From: a virus
Taxonomy: Duplodnaviria; Heunggongvirae; Uroviricota; Caudoviricetes
IMG/VR virus record: IMGVR_UViG_3300045988_006728
Direction: 5' to 3' (one strand)
Length of the DNA: 64,000 nt
The position numbers and the translations under genes were made by a program. Numbering within the stretch: position 1 is the stretch's first letter; each line of letters starts with the position of its first letter. Positions 16,501 through 34,957 of this stretch are shown piece after piece. The notes beneath the pieces are model-generated. The model made no database searches. It was not told the origin of the DNA and saw nothing but the letters and a program-made list of their open reading frames with translations.

Positions 16501-16899
16501 ATGAAAACAGAATCTAGAGTAATTAATGGTAAGAAAGTAAATATCGTTCTGCTTGGGGCAAGAGATGGTATTAAGATGTCTATGAAGTTGGGTAAAATTG
16601 TTGTTCCAACTTTTGCACAGATGCTGTCAAGTCTGACTGACAAGGGTAAGAAAGAAGCTCCAATGGTTCCATTTAAAGAACTTGTTGAAGCTTGTTTTGA
16701 CAGAATTGAAGAAATTAACCTTGAAGAAATGGCTACCCTGTTATTTCAAGGAGCAACTGTTGATGACTTCCCACTTAATATTGATACATACTTCCAAGCA
16801 AACTATGGTGAATTTATTGATTACTTAGCATTTGCGCTGGAGGCAAACTTCGGAAGTTTTTTCGAAGCAAGCATTTTCAAAAGCCTAACTTCTCAGTAA
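16501..16899 (+). CDS. Tail assembly chaperone (G-like), upstream frame
   Basis: 132-aa ORF immediately before the tape measure gene; contains the slippery heptamer near its 3' end. Confidence 0.6.
   Translation: MKTESRVINGKKVNIVLLGARDGIKMSMKLGKIVVPTFAQMLSSLTDKGKKEAPMVPFKELVEACFDRIEEINLEEMATLLFQGATVDDFPLNIDTYFQANYGEFIDYLAFALEANFGSFFEASIFKSLTSQ
16857..16863 (+). promoter_or_regulatory. Programmed -1 ribosomal frameshift slippery site T_TTT_TTC
   Basis: Heptamer sits in the zero frame (agt ttt ttc) 12 codons before the stop; a -1 shift reads into the 16902-17141 ORF. Confidence 0.6.
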
Positions 16900-16901
16900 A
16901 C

Positions 16902-17140
16902 ATGGGTAACACTCTACAGACACCACTGACTGATGCTGCTGTAGAGGCAACCTATGAAGAAGCAGACGAGATGAAATTTGTGCTTGCTATTTATGGTATG
17001 GAAGGGTGTAAAGAAACACTTGACCAACTCTTTGCTATGACATTCTCTGATTTATTATCATTGAGACAATTTCTTGAAATTCAGAGGTCGTATAAAGAGG
17101 AAATTGCTTACAACGAACTTAGAAGAGCAGGAAAAATGTA

Positions 17141-17141
<1 letters not shown>
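16902..17141 (+). CDS. Tail assembly chaperone extension (GT-like), reached by -1 frameshift
   Basis: 79-aa ORF in the -1 frame relative to 16501-16899; ends at the tape measure start. Confidence 0.55.
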
Positions 17142-25157
<8,016 letters not shown>

Positions 25158-25159
25158 TA

Positions 25160-26347
25160 ATGGCGGTAGGTGAAATTCAAATTAGTGCCTTGCCTCAAGC
25201 AGCCTTACCAATTGACCTTAGTGATATCTTCCATCTTAAGCAGGGTATTGAGGATAAGAGATGTACTCTTGAGCAATTACTTGCTCCACACTCAAGCCTA
25301 AGAAATAACCCTCATGGTGTTACTAAAACACAAATTGGTTTAGATAACGTTATCAATGCTCTTCAGTTAGTTGCTGCAAATAACTTATCAGACGTTACTA
25401 ATGTAGCTCAGGCAAGAGCAAATCTACAGATTATGTCTTCAGAAGAGGTTAATAATCTTGTTCAACAGCATATTCAGGACAAGAGCAACCCACATAATAC
25501 AACTAAGGTACAGGTAGGATTGAGTAATGTTCAGAACTGGACAACATCTAACCTTTATAACGAAGATGCAGATAAGTATGCTACAGCAAGAGCAGTAAAT
25601 AACTTGTACAAGGCTGTTCAGGCTTCCTATCCAGTAGGTACTATCCATCTTTCCATGAACTCTGCAAACCCTTCTACATATTTAATTTGTGGAGGAACTT
25701 GGGAGTTAGTTTCAAAAGGTAGAGCATTGGTTGGTTATGACTCTGATACAAGACCAACAGGCTCTGTATTTGGTGCTTCAACTGTCACTTTGTCAGTTAA
25801 TAACATGCCACAACACTCACACTCTGTGTCTCTTAGTGGTGGTGGTCACACCCATAATGCAACGGTGTCAATTTCAGCTTTTGATTATGGAACTAAGACT
25901 ACCAACTCTTTTGACTATGGAACAAAGACCACTAACACGACTGGTAACCACAACCATGTGGGCAGTGGGTCAACAAATGCGGCTGGTGCTCACAACCATA
26001 GATTGACCTATGAAGCAGGTGGTGGTTTATCGGAAAGACCTGCAATGGTTTGGTCTACAAGGAATGACCAATCATGGTACTCAGCAGATGCTGTCTGTGA
26101 AGTCGCTGGTTCACACACTCACTCTTTCAGTGTTACCACTAACACGACTGGTAACCACAGCCACACGGTTGGTATTGGTGCTCACAGCCACACGGTTGGT
26201 ATTGGTTCACATACACACAATGGTACTGTAACAGTTTCTTCTTCTGAGCATACGCATAGCGGGAACACTAACAGTATTGGTGGTGGACAAGCTTTTAACA
26301 TTGAGCAGCCATCCTTCGTACTGTATGTATGGCAGAGAACAGCTTAA
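25160..26347 (+). CDS. Tail fiber protein with His-X-His repeat tip domain
   Basis: 395 aa; repeated HTHS/HSHT motifs and in-frame tandem DNA repeats; C-terminal motif shared with the next gene. Confidence 0.65.
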   Translation: MAVGEIQISALPQAALPIDLSDIFHLKQGIEDKRCTLEQLLAPHSSLRNNPHGVTKTQIGLDNVINALQLVAANNLSDVTNVAQARANLQIMSSEEVNNLVQQHIQDKSNPHNTTKVQVGLSNVQNWTTSNLYNEDADKYATARAVNNLYKAVQASYPVGTIHLSMNSANPSTYLICGGTWELVSKGRALVGYDSDTRPTGSVFGASTVTLSVNNMPQHSHSVSLSGGGHTHNATVSISAFDYGTKTTNSFDYGTKTTNTTGNHNHVGSGSTNAAGAHNHRLTYEAGGGLSERPAMVWSTRNDQSWYSADAVCEVAGSHTHSFSVTTNTTGNHSHTVGIGAHSHTVGIGSHTHNGTVTVSSSEHTHSGNTNSIGGGQAFNIEQPSFVLYVWQRTA

Positions 26348-26393
26348 TTTCTTTACAGGGGCTTGATAGCCCCTTTTAAGAGGAAAATTTATA

Positions 26394-28781
26394 ATGGCAG
26401 ATTACAAGTTGAGTGAATTAAACTCAATCAATACAATCCGTTCAGATGACCTTCTTCATGTCAGAGTTAAAAAGAGACCTGAAATGCTGGGTGATGAAGA
26501 CCGTCGAATGACCTATCAAGACTTCTTAGCATCTTTTAAACTTGAAAGGTTTGTTCAGATTGCTGGTAGCACTATGACGGGTGACTTAGGAATTGTTAAG
26601 TTACTTTATGGTGGTAAGGTAGTATTTAACCCAACAGGCTCTTCTGAGATTACTATTGGGGATGTTTTAAAGACTTTTAAAATCAACGCAAACGGCCTTA
26701 GATTAACTATTGCAGATGCTTCAAGGTCGGCAACTGTTTATCATACTCTGAATAAGCCAAGCCCTAATGAGCTTGGGATGAGAACTAATGAAGAGAATGA
26801 TGCAAGATATGCAAGGTTGGCTGTAAATAACACCTTTAGAGGCACTCAAGCTATTCTCTCTGACAATGAAGCTCTTATTGCTAAGAATATTACACAAGGG
26901 ATGCCACTCTATATTCGTGGTCAAGATGCAGATGGTACTAACAGGTGGTATCTAGGTAATGATAACAAGGGTACAGACAATCTTGTTTTAAAAAACGTTA
27001 AATCTGGTGCATATGTAGCTATTTTAGCTAACCTAATCTCCGTGAACAAATCAATCCAAATCACTGGGCAAGTTCAACCTTCTGATTGGACTAACTTAGA
27101 TGCTAGGTATTTTACTCAGACAGCAGCTAATCAGAGGTTTGCACAGTTAGCTGGTAATAATACCTTTAGAGGCGTGAATACATTTAATCAAATCCTATCA
27201 ATTAAGACGAATAGTGCAGCCTTAAGGTTAAAAAACACTGTAGCTAATGGTGCACTGTACATTAAAGCCGAAGCTAATGATGGCTCTGGTAAGTGGTATG
27301 TAGGTAATGGTGATAATACACCTGCTGTATTAATCCACAACTATACGTATGGTTCTAATCTTAGACTCGACAATGGTTATGTTGAGGTTAATAAGCAACT
27401 TAAAGTCGTTGGTCAAGTTCAACCTTCTGATTGGACTAACATTGACTCTAGATATATTCCGGCAGGAACTTTGAGTAATCTTGCCAAGCTGAGTGATGCA
27501 AACACTTTCAGGTCTACACAGGTTATCAATCTGAATGGCTCATTGTTACAGCTAAAGAACACTACACAAGACAGAGAGCTTTACTTTGCTGGCCATAATG
27601 CTGATGGTGTTAGAAGGTGGTACATCGGTAATGGGGAACCATCCAACCCAACAAGATTTACTATCCGCAACGACAGAACTGCAACTACGCTTTATATGCA
27701 AGACGATTTCTTGTTGGATAAAACTGTCAGAATTACTGGTCAAGTTCAACCTTCAGATTTCTCTAACTTAGATGCTAGATATTTCTTAAAAACAAAACTG
27801 TTAAACCAATCTTTAATGACAAGGACAGCTAATAGACTGGATGACCCATCATCATTCAACAAAGATTGTTCAGGGTTTGTAAGAAACAACGCTATTGAGC
27901 AGGGTCTGAAAGATTTAGCCATCCATGTAGCACATTCTGCTGGTATTGCTCATGCCAGAGGTATTGCTTTTACATATGGGTCTAAAGGTCTTGATGTCTT
28001 CACATACGCTTATGGGTCAGATGGAGCATATGTTGGAGAGGCACAGTTGTATTCAACGGCATTTAAACCAACCCCTTCAGGTATTGGTGCATATACTAAA
28101 GCTGAAACTGACCAGAAGATTGCACAGGCAGTAAGTGACTCTACAGACCTTAATAAAATCTATCCAGTAGGTATTGTGACATGGTTTAACAGCAATGTTG
28201 ACCCTAATACAGCACTTCCTGGTCTAACTTGGACGTACCTGAACAATGGTGTTGGTAGAACTATCAGAATTGCAGCAGCAAACGGTTCAGATGTTGCTAC
28301 AACTGGTGGTTCAGATTCTGTAACGTTATCTGTTGGCAACTTACCATCACACACCCATAGTTTCTCTGCTACCACTTCATCTTTTGATTATGGTACGAAG
28401 AACACTAATAGCACTGGTGGTCATACTCACTCTGTAAGTGGCACAACAAGTGCTGCTGGTAAACACGCTCACCACTTAGGTCTGCTATTGGTTAATGGTG
28501 GTGATGCTCAGTACGGTTATACAACTGTTAGCAATAACAAGACGAGAACTCTTGACTGGCTTGACAGAACTGATAACAAGTTCCCTAACACTAACACAAC
28601 TGGTAACCATACACACACATGGTCTGGTACTACAAGTAACACTGGTGCTCACACCCACTCTGTAGGTATTGGTGCTCACACCCATACAGTTAGGGGTAAC
28701 ACTGGTGGTACAGGTTCTGGTTCAGCATTTAGTGTCACTAACCAGTTCTACAAGTTGATGGCTTGGGTGAGAACTGCTTAA
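26394..28781 (+). CDS. Long tail fiber protein with three internal repeats and His-X-His tip domain
   Basis: 795 aa; three roughly 100-aa repeats each containing NTFR...DG..RWY.GN...QVQPSDW(F)...LD(A/S)RY; C-terminal HTHS repeats. Confidence 0.7.
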   Translation: MADYKLSELNSINTIRSDDLLHVRVKKRPEMLGDEDRRMTYQDFLASFKLERFVQIAGSTMTGDLGIVKLLYGGKVVFNPTGSSEITIGDVLKTFKINANGLRLTIADASRSATVYHTLNKPSPNELGMRTNEENDARYARLAVNNTFRGTQAILSDNEALIAKNITQGMPLYIRGQDADGTNRWYLGNDNKGTDNLVLKNVKSGAYVAILANLISVNKSIQITGQVQPSDWTNLDARYFTQTAANQRFAQLAGNNTFRGVNTFNQILSIKTNSAALRLKNTVANGALYIKAEANDGSGKWYVGNGDNTPAVLIHNYTYGSNLRLDNGYVEVNKQLKVVGQVQPSDWTNIDSRYIPAGTLSNLAKLSDANTFRSTQVINLNGSLLQLKNTTQDRELYFAGHNADGVRRWYIGNGEPSNPTRFTIRNDRTATTLYMQDDFLLDKTVRITGQVQPSDFSNLDARYFLKTKLLNQSLMTRTANRLDDPSSFNKDCSGFVRNNAIEQGLKDLAIHVAHSAGIAHARGIAFTYGSKGLDVFTYAYGSDGAYVGEAQLYSTAFKPTPSGIGAYTKAETDQKIAQAVSDSTDLNKIYPVGIVTWFNSNVDPNTALPGLTWTYLNNGVGRTIRIAAANGSDVATTGGSDSVTLSVGNLPSHTHSFSATTSSFDYGTKNTNSTGGHTHSVSGTTSAAGKHAHHLGLLLVNGGDAQYGYTTVSNNKTRTLDWLDRTDNKFPNTNTTGNHTHTWSGTTSNTGAHTHSVGIGAHTHTVRGNTGGTGSGSAFSVTNQFYKLMAWVRTA

Positions 28782-28792
28782 TCCTTGTTGAC

Positions 28793-28830
28793 TGATTGTT
28801 AAGATGGTGTTAATATTCTTTATGGGTATT
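28793..28830 (+). promoter_or_regulatory. Sigma70-like promoter (TTGACT-17-TAATAT) overlapping a 9-bp inverted repeat
   Basis: aagatggtg ... caccatctt flank the -10 region upstream of the gene at 28860. Confidence 0.45.
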
Positions 28831-28859
28831 CTCACCATCTTGGCTGATGAGGTGATTAA

Positions 28860-29057
28860 ATGCCTACAATCCTAGCAATTCTTCTAAAAAATCTAGGTAG
28901 CTTCTTCTGGAAACTCATTTTATCCCTTCTAAGTGAATACATGATTGAGAAAGTGTTCTTTAGGCTTGCAAGATACCTTGCGAGTAAAACAGACACACCT
29001 ATTGATGATGAGTTCGTAGATAACTTAGAAAAAGCTTTTAAGGGGGAGAATAAATGA
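28860..29057 (+). CDS. Small hydrophobic protein (holin-like candidate)
   Basis: 65-aa ORF with a hydrophobic N-terminal segment at the end of the late operon. Confidence 0.35.
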   Translation: MPTILAILLKNLGSFFWKLILSLLSEYMIEKVFFRLARYLASKTDTPIDDEFVDNLEKAFKGENK

Positions 29058-29425
29058 AGTGGCTAGAGGAAGCTTTTAAAAATAATATTGGTGCAATTGT
29101 AGTTGGTATTTTTAGTGTTATTGGGATGTTTACCACGATGCAAGTTTCAAGTGGTAAACAAGAAGTGTCTGTCACAACAAAGTTACAGCAGCTAGATAAT
29201 TATTCCAAAAGTAACTATTCAGCTATTCGTGATTTACAGTCTGACATGAGACTGATTCAGCTAGGGATGGAGAACCAGAAAGTTCAGTTAGAGAATGTTA
29301 AGGGTGAAAACGCAAAACTTACCAAAACTCTTGATAAATTCTCTGACAGTGTGAATAATCTGGCTCAATCAGTATCAGCCCTCCAAGCTATTACTGAAAA
29401 GAACACAAAGAATACTGAAAAATAA
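29054..29425 (+). CDS. Membrane-anchored coiled-coil protein (spanin- or holin-like candidate)
   Basis: 123-aa ORF with one N-terminal TM helix (IGAIVVGIFSVIGMFTT) and a helical C-terminus. Confidence 0.35.
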   Translation: MKWLEEAFKNNIGAIVVGIFSVIGMFTTMQVSSGKQEVSVTTKLQQLDNYSKSNYSAIRDLQSDMRLIQLGMENQKVQLENVKGENAKLTKTLDKFSDSVNNLAQSVSALQAITEKNTKNTEK

Positions 29426-29430
29426 AGTTT

Positions 29431-29461
29431 AAGGCTCCTTTTTACGGGAGCCTTTTTTGTT
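29431..29461. terminator. Bidirectional rho-independent terminator
   Basis: aggctcc-tttttacg-ggagcct with T-runs on both sides, between convergent operons. Confidence 0.6.
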
Positions 29462-29462
29462 T

Positions 29463-30362
29463 TTACTTGCCTACTGACAGAGGTGCTTCAATCTTTCCTG
29501 CATGTTGGTAGTTGTTAATGCCACCAATAAAATCACTTGCAGTAAGATGTTTCAGGTCACTTAAAGTATTAAGTGGTAGACCAATCTCAAAAGTTGGTGC
29601 ATGGAACTCTTCATTGTTCAGTAGTTCATAAACCTGTTTCATGTGGTTCTGATAAATCTGAGTATCTCCAAAGACACCTATCAAGTACCGTGGAGTGTAT
29701 CCAGTCATCTTACAAAGAACTTCCAGAATAAAACCATAAGATGCAATATTAAACGGGAGTCCTAAAAAGGTGTCTACTGAACGCTGATACCATTGTAAGT
29801 CAACTTCACCCTCGTTAGTGATATAAATCTGAAACAGAACATGACAAGGTGCTAAAGCCATTGAGTTTGCTGCAATATCTGCTGCATTCCAAGCATTAAC
29901 AAGCATGTAACGGTCTGTGATATCACCCTTCATCTTCGTTACTAAGGTCTCTAGTTGGTCTACAACACAGCCATTATGACCTTCAAAGTTTCTCCACTGA
30001 ACCCCATAGATTCTTCCACCTGCATCCTCTAACCAATCTTGTTCAGAAGAATAATTAGAGCTTAACCAGCGTTTAAAATCATCTGACCAGATAGTCCAGC
30101 GTTCTCCGTCATTTTCACCCCAAGTACGGTAACGAAGTTCACCAAGCTTATTCTCGCCATTCAGGAACCATAAAGCTTCCCCAATAACTTGCCGTGTAAA
30201 CACCTGTTTAGATGTTAAGAGCGGGAAACCAGTTCGCATATCAAAACGAAACTGAGGTGGAGCAAATGCAGATATAACATCTCCAGTTCGTGTAGTACGC
30301 AGTTCACCAACGGATAAAACATGGTTCAGGATATTTTTGTAACTTGTATCTGCTTGTGACAT
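29463..30362 (-). CDS. thyA: Thymidylate synthase
   Basis: 299 aa; N-terminal TRTGDV...FDMRTGFPLLTSK and active-site LAPCH motif. Confidence 0.85.
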   Translation of the reverse strand: MSQADTSYKNILNHVLSVGELRTTRTGDVISAFAPPQFRFDMRTGFPLLTSKQVFTRQVIGEALWFLNGENKLGELRYRTWGENDGERWTIWSDDFKRWLSSNYSSEQDWLEDAGGRIYGVQWRNFEGHNGCVVDQLETLVTKMKGDITDRYMLVNAWNAADIAANSMALAPCHVLFQIYITNEGEVDLQWYQRSVDTFLGLPFNIASYGFILEVLCKMTGYTPRYLIGVFGDTQIYQNHMKQVYELLNNEEFHAPTFEIGLPLNTLSDLKHLTASDFIGGINNYQHAGKIEAPLSVGK

Positions 30363-30363
30363 A

Positions 30364-30909
30364 TCAAAAGTGTCCTTTCACTTGTGGAACATAAATTTCA
30401 AAAGTTGCTTTACCATCCTCTGATGGTTTTGACTGTACCTTTGTAAATACACGGTTATCATACAGCTTCTCAAAGAAGTTTTCAAAAGGTAAATGCACAG
30501 TGGCCTCTTCAGTAACTTTATGGAAAACTGTATGGAAAACTACACCAGCATACGGTAAAGCATTGACAAGGACACCTGCACCACCAATTACAAAGACATC
30601 TTCATCAATAGAGCTATCAAGATAGTTCAAAAATGCTCCAAATGACTCTTTACTGGCTTTAGCATACATTACATCATCTTTGCCAAAGTCTATACCTAAG
30701 TATGGTACAGAATTTGTTAAGATGAGGTTTGCACGTTCTGGTAGAGGTTTACTACCCAGAGTCTTAAAAGTCTCATTACCCATGACTACTAAGTTATTTT
30801 TAGTGAGTCTCTTAAACTCTTGCATGTCCTGTTTATGTCGAGGCCACGGCATACCAGTTGGAGTACCAAACTCCCCATTTTCACCACTTGCAAAGATTAA
30901 TTTAATCAT
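30364..30909 (-). CDS. frd: Dihydrofolate reductase
   Basis: 181 aa; IFASGENGEFG...MPW...VVMGNETFKTL pattern; adjacent to thyA. Confidence 0.75.
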   Translation of the reverse strand: MIKLIFASGENGEFGTPTGMPWPRHKQDMQEFKRLTKNNLVVMGNETFKTLGSKPLPERANLILTNSVPYLGIDFGKDDVMYAKASKESFGAFLNYLDSSIDEDVFVIGGAGVLVNALPYAGVVFHTVFHKVTEEATVHLPFENFFEKLYDNRVFTKVQSKPSEDGKATFEIYVPQVKGHF

Positions 30910-31166
30910 TTTGTAAATCCTTTCTTAATGAACCAGTTGATAACATTCTTCACAGCTTTATTGCTATGGTAGATTAAGTGTGGTGTAGGTTGGTATGAAC
31001 CATAAGCCCAGAAAGCAATGATTTCATTACATCCTGTACACCTTGTACTCTCTTCAGCAATATGACCGTTGACTATTTCACTTACCTCGCCTTGTAAGTC
31101 TGTACACCCACAATGTGGACATCGGATAGGTGTTCCATCAGACTCATAGCAGTGTTCAATTTTCAT
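30906..31166 (-). CDS. Zinc-ribbon protein (CxxC...CxxC)
   Basis: 86-aa ORF with CPHCGC and CTGC pairs. Confidence 0.45.
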   Translation of the reverse strand: MKIEHCYESDGTPIRCPHCGCTDLQGEVSEIVNGHIAEESTRCTGCNEIIAFWAYGSYQPTPHLIYHSNKAVKNVINWFIKKGFTK

Positions 31167-31682
31167 CTATTTAACCTCAAAAACTGGCTCAAGAACCAAT
31201 ATAAAGTCTACACAGTCATCTTCTTCATCCAGAATACCATCAAAGTTCTTAGGAACGAAGTCGAAGAGGCTCATCACAAAGCAGTCAGAAGTGACCTTGA
31301 TAGTTCCTCCCATGTTCTCTACAGTTAACACTGTACGACTTTCTTTTACCTCCCTCAGAAGATTACCCACAAAGTCATCTAAGAAGTACTTCATCAGTGA
31401 CTTAAAACCTTTAGGATAATCTGTACCAGAGTATGTTTCAATCTGAGGCACAAGCTTAACATTTATACTAGTCTTTGTTAAGAACGTGTTAGAGAACATA
31501 CTATCAGGTAACTTACAAACACTCTTTCCAGTACCTTCATGTTCAATCTCAACAAAACCAGCTTCGTCGCCACATGTAACTATTTTAAAAGATGCTTCAT
31601 TCTCATACTGTGAAGCCATAAACTTTTTAAGCATCTCTTTAAGGAAATCTGCATGAGCATCTTGTAAGTAGATATCAATCAT
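31167..31682 (-). CDS. Hypothetical protein
   Basis: 171-aa ORF in the minus-strand operon. Confidence 0.4.
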   Translation of the reverse strand: MIDIYLQDAHADFLKEMLKKFMASQYENEASFKIVTCGDEAGFVEIEHEGTGKSVCKLPDSMFSNTFLTKTSINVKLVPQIETYSGTDYPKGFKSLMKYFLDDFVGNLLREVKESRTVLTVENMGGTIKVTSDCFVMSLFDFVPKNFDGILDEEDDCVDFILVLEPVFEVK

Positions 31683-31695
31683 AGTTAATCACCTA

Positions 31696-32055
31696 TTATG
31701 GGAACAAACACTTAATGTCATCGTTTTTGAAAACGAAACTTGTGTAGTTATGACCATCAACATCCAACCAAACAGCCTGAACATCTACACCATCAAGATT
31801 CTGGTAAAGCTCTTTGATGAAGTGGTCTTTCACAATCTGGCTACTAGTGGTTTCCAGCTTGATGTTTGAGATTGCTGAACCTACAGCCATATAGCCCATG
31901 ACACGTTTCTTCTCAGTATGCTTAATCTTACCATCTTTGTAAGCCATAATGAGATTGGAAAGAATCTTTACACCATAATACTTTTCAAGGTGAGTAGGTA
32001 CACCATAAAAGCCTAATGCGAAGTTTTCAGAGTGGATAATGTTTTCACGTTTCAT
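31696..32055 (-). CDS. Hypothetical protein
   Basis: 119-aa ORF. Confidence 0.4.
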   Translation of the reverse strand: MKRENIIHSENFALGFYGVPTHLEKYYGVKILSNLIMAYKDGKIKHTEKKRVMGYMAVGSAISNIKLETTSSQIVKDHFIKELYQNLDGVDVQAVWLDVDGHNYTSFVFKNDDIKCLFP

Positions 32056-32056
32056 A

Positions 32057-32386
32057 TTAGTCTGCCAACCTTAAATTGAAATTAACACCAAATTTTTCAC
32101 ATACTTCCAACATATACTCAAGGGAAACATTACCAGTGAGGTGGATTATGTTGGATACACGAGCCTGAGAGATACCACAAATTTTAGCAACTTGCTCTTG
32201 AGAAAGACCTCTGGATTTAATCTCTCTCTTAAAACGATGTGCAACGAAGTCTCTCATTTCGTCTACATCCATTGGACAAATATAACTCTCCATTTCAGCC
32301 TCTCTATCAGCCTCCCAATCATCTTGTGGGGCATAAGGGTCAAAAACCTCATTCATCTTTCTTCTTCCGTTTGCGTGAAGTGTCAA
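32057..32386 (-). CDS. Helix-turn-helix DNA-binding protein (XRE-like)
   Basis: 109-aa ORF with LSQEQVAKICGISQARVSNI. Confidence 0.45.
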   Translation of the reverse strand: MTLHANGRRKMNEVFDPYAPQDDWEADREAEMESYICPMDVDEMRDFVAHRFKREIKSRGLSQEQVAKICGISQARVSNIIHLTGNVSLEYMLEVCEKFGVNFNLRLAD

Positions 32387-32562
32387 TCAATGAATCTATG
32401 TTTGTAGCCCTAACCTTTTCACGTTCATCATTAAGATAATCATCAAGAGCCTTTTCAATCTGTGAATCATCTTGACAGATAACTGTAAAGACTGTAAATC
32501 CGTCTGTATCGTCAATTATCTTACCATAACCGCTTCTGGGATGTAACTTTTTAAGAGCCATA

Positions 32563-32946
32563 TCAAATACCTGTGCAGCTTCTGTTTTCTAAGAAATACT
32601 CCACACCATACATAGCTTTTTGCATCAAATCTTCTTTAAACTGGATACGGTGGTTGAGCATCGCCTGTACATCAATATCGTCATGGTGTTTCTCTTTAAT
32701 GTTTGCAGATTGCAGGAAATACTCTGCAAGAACACGATACTGGTAGTCAGTCACCTTATCAGTCATCTCTGTCAAAGACTCTTCAGAGATGGGTTTCAGT
32801 AGCTCACCATTAGCTAGAGCAACACCTTTTACAATCTGGCAAGTATCTTCTGGAACACCTGACAAGTCCACATTTGGGAGTTCTGTTGCATTGACTGGTA
32901 AATTCATTGCCATAACCATTGCAGCAGCTAATAAAATCTTTTTCAT
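32563..32946 (-). CDS. Secreted protein with N-terminal signal peptide
   Basis: 127-aa ORF; MKKILLAAAMVMAMNLPVNA followed by an acidic mature region. Confidence 0.5.
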   Translation of the reverse strand: MKKILLAAAMVMAMNLPVNATELPNVDLSGVPEDTCQIVKGVALANGELLKPISEESLTEMTDKVTDYQYRVLAEYFLQSANIKEKHHDDIDVQAMLNHRIQFKEDLMQKAMYGVEYFLENRSCTGI

Positions 32947-33039
32947 AATGACCTCAAAGTTATATTAAATTTTGTATTACATTGAGTATAAAAATAAGCT
33001 ATAACACCTGACTTGTCAACAGATTTTATAGCTTATTTG

Positions 33040-33300
33040 GCAGATTTTTTATAAGGCTACTGCCATCCTTCCATACCAAACCTCACCTGACCTCGCCTAA
33101 CCCTACCTTACCCCACCATACAGCACCTTATTAAAACACCCTGTTTAAAGACCTTTTAAAAAGGTAAGTCTCATTTTAATGTAGCTGAGACTAACTACCC
33201 ATACCGAACCTCACCGCACCATACTACACCTGACACCACCTTACACCACCGCACCATACCTGACCGAGCTACACATCACTTAAAAACCCTTTTCAAAGAC
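33040..33300. repeat. G-depleted, CA-rich non-coding region with two similar blocks of about 60 bp
   Basis: Plus strand 33061-33120 and 33191-33270 are almost G-free; blocks begin ccataccaaacctcacc and cccataccgaacctcacc. Confidence 0.6.
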
Positions 33301-33554
33301 TCTTAAGTGATGCTGGTGAGTACCCGTTGGTTTATGCTGCTCAGCATACTCACCAAATTTTCTATGTCAACAACTTTCTAATAAAGTTTTATGAAGATTT
33401 TGCTTAACAACCCGCCTCACATGCCTGTGCTCTTTCTTAATAAAGAGTGACCTCTTCTTGATAGAGCGCCTATTCTTGTAAGTATTACTAGGATACTTAT
33501 CATGAACCGGACAACAGCTACCCGGATTGGTAAACTTGATAATCTCTCTTTTCA

Positions 33555-34655
33555 CTATTCATAATCCCTAATAACTAACCCGACAGGGAACTGTAAAGAA
33601 CCCTTACGAGTCATCTTCTGAAACTGAACCGTTAAAGGCTTCCCGATAAACTCTTCAGGATGTTCAGCAAGATACTGTTTCTTCTCGTGTGTAGTCTTCC
33701 ATGAGACATCTACAAAGACGTTAGGAAGCGTCTCTACAACGAACTTACCATGACCACGTTTATCGGTCTTGACACCAGTAACTTTAAACTCTTCAGTGTG
33801 CATCTTCTTGTGCTTAATCAAGAAGTATGAACGGTGACTACACTCGTAGAAAGATTCTTCAGAGATTGAACGGTACATTGCACCTTCAAACTTAGCTTCA
33901 ACCCACTTATCATGGGCTTCATCAAACTCTTCCCAAGAATTTACACGGATAGTCTGTACAGGAACAACTCTACAGGTATCCCCAAGCTCAACAATTGGTG
34001 AATTATCAATAACTTCACGACGCTCAGGCCAAGTTTTTGAATTGTCGCAGATATCATACCAGTAGAATTTAAGAAGGTGACGGTCTGGATTGTCAGCATT
34101 CTTAATCATAGATACAATATCTTCTAAGTCCCAACCATGAGCATAAATCTCTCCATCAAAGTCTTCCACTTGCGGATGTAATTTAAGCAACAAAAGCAAA
34201 TCTGGGATTAGTTCTGTTGGAACGTTGTAAACAGTATTCTCACGAGAATAGGCTGTGAAACTAACTGAATCAGCATCTCTTGAAATCCTACAACGTACAC
34301 CATCAAGTTTTGGTTGAGCATCAGCAGGGAACTTCAGATACTTTGCATGGCTAACCTTTGCAGCATCATGAGCAAGCTGTACACCTACCTTCTCAGTATT
34401 CTGTGCAGATTCTTTTGTATAAGCATAACCTTTACGGTCAACTTGCTTTTTATACTTAGCAGCAACTTCAAAGAGAGCTTGCTGTTCAGCGTTACGCTCA
34501 TTCTTTTTACCGATGTTCTTAGGCTCTGCTGTATACTCTTCAAACATCATCTTGCCATTCTCTTTACCGTAGGTTGTAATAACTTTGTCACCTACAGCAA
34601 CACATGACCAGACGTTAAAAGAGCCGTCTTTATTTTGTTTGTACAGAATTGTCAT
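33555..34655 (-). CDS. ATP-dependent DNA ligase
   Basis: 366 aa; adenylation motif I PKLDGVRC (KxDG). Confidence 0.7.
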   Translation of the reverse strand: MTILYKQNKDGSFNVWSCVAVGDKVITTYGKENGKMMFEEYTAEPKNIGKKNERNAEQQALFEVAAKYKKQVDRKGYAYTKESAQNTEKVGVQLAHDAAKVSHAKYLKFPADAQPKLDGVRCRISRDADSVSFTAYSRENTVYNVPTELIPDLLLLLKLHPQVEDFDGEIYAHGWDLEDIVSMIKNADNPDRHLLKFYWYDICDNSKTWPERREVIDNSPIVELGDTCRVVPVQTIRVNSWEEFDEAHDKWVEAKFEGAMYRSISEESFYECSHRSYFLIKHKKMHTEEFKVTGVKTDKRGHGKFVVETLPNVFVDVSWKTTHEKKQYLAEHPEEFIGKPLTVQFQKMTRKGSLQFPVGLVIRDYE

Positions 34656-34957
34656 TTTCTCTTACCACCAATCTCTACGTCGATAACTTGAACATCGCCA
34701 GCAACATCAAACTTATGTATGATGCTTTCCACAGTATAAGTCCAACCATCAATGCGAACCATCTCACCTTCTCGTGGAACTATTGGATTACGTTGAGCTA
34801 CAGTTGTAGTGGAGTGAACAACATCATAACGATAGATATAGTTTACTAGGACTTCCATCGTGAAAACCTCACTCAATAACCGTAGTATGTGATTGTCCAT
34901 TTTTGCCATAGCTGTAAGATGTTGTTGTTTGAGAGTTTGGACATCTGACAACAACAA
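34652..34957 (-). CDS. Hypothetical protein
   Basis: 101-aa ORF, start overlaps the next gene. Confidence 0.35.
   Translation of the reverse strand: MLLSDVQTLKQQHLTAMAKMDNHILRLLSEVFTMEVLVNYIYRYDVVHSTTTVAQRNPIVPREGEMVRIDGWTYTVESIIHKFDVAGDVQVIDVEIGGKRK

Noticed and set aside
26160-26220. Short tandem DNA repeats that could be mistaken for a CRISPR-like array
   Set aside because: Only two to three copies, no spacers, and they are in frame within the tail fiber gene encoding GIGAHSHTV repeats.
25160-28781. Diversity-generating retroelement targeting the tail fibers
   Set aside because: No reverse transcriptase ORF and no template/variable repeat pair found in the window.
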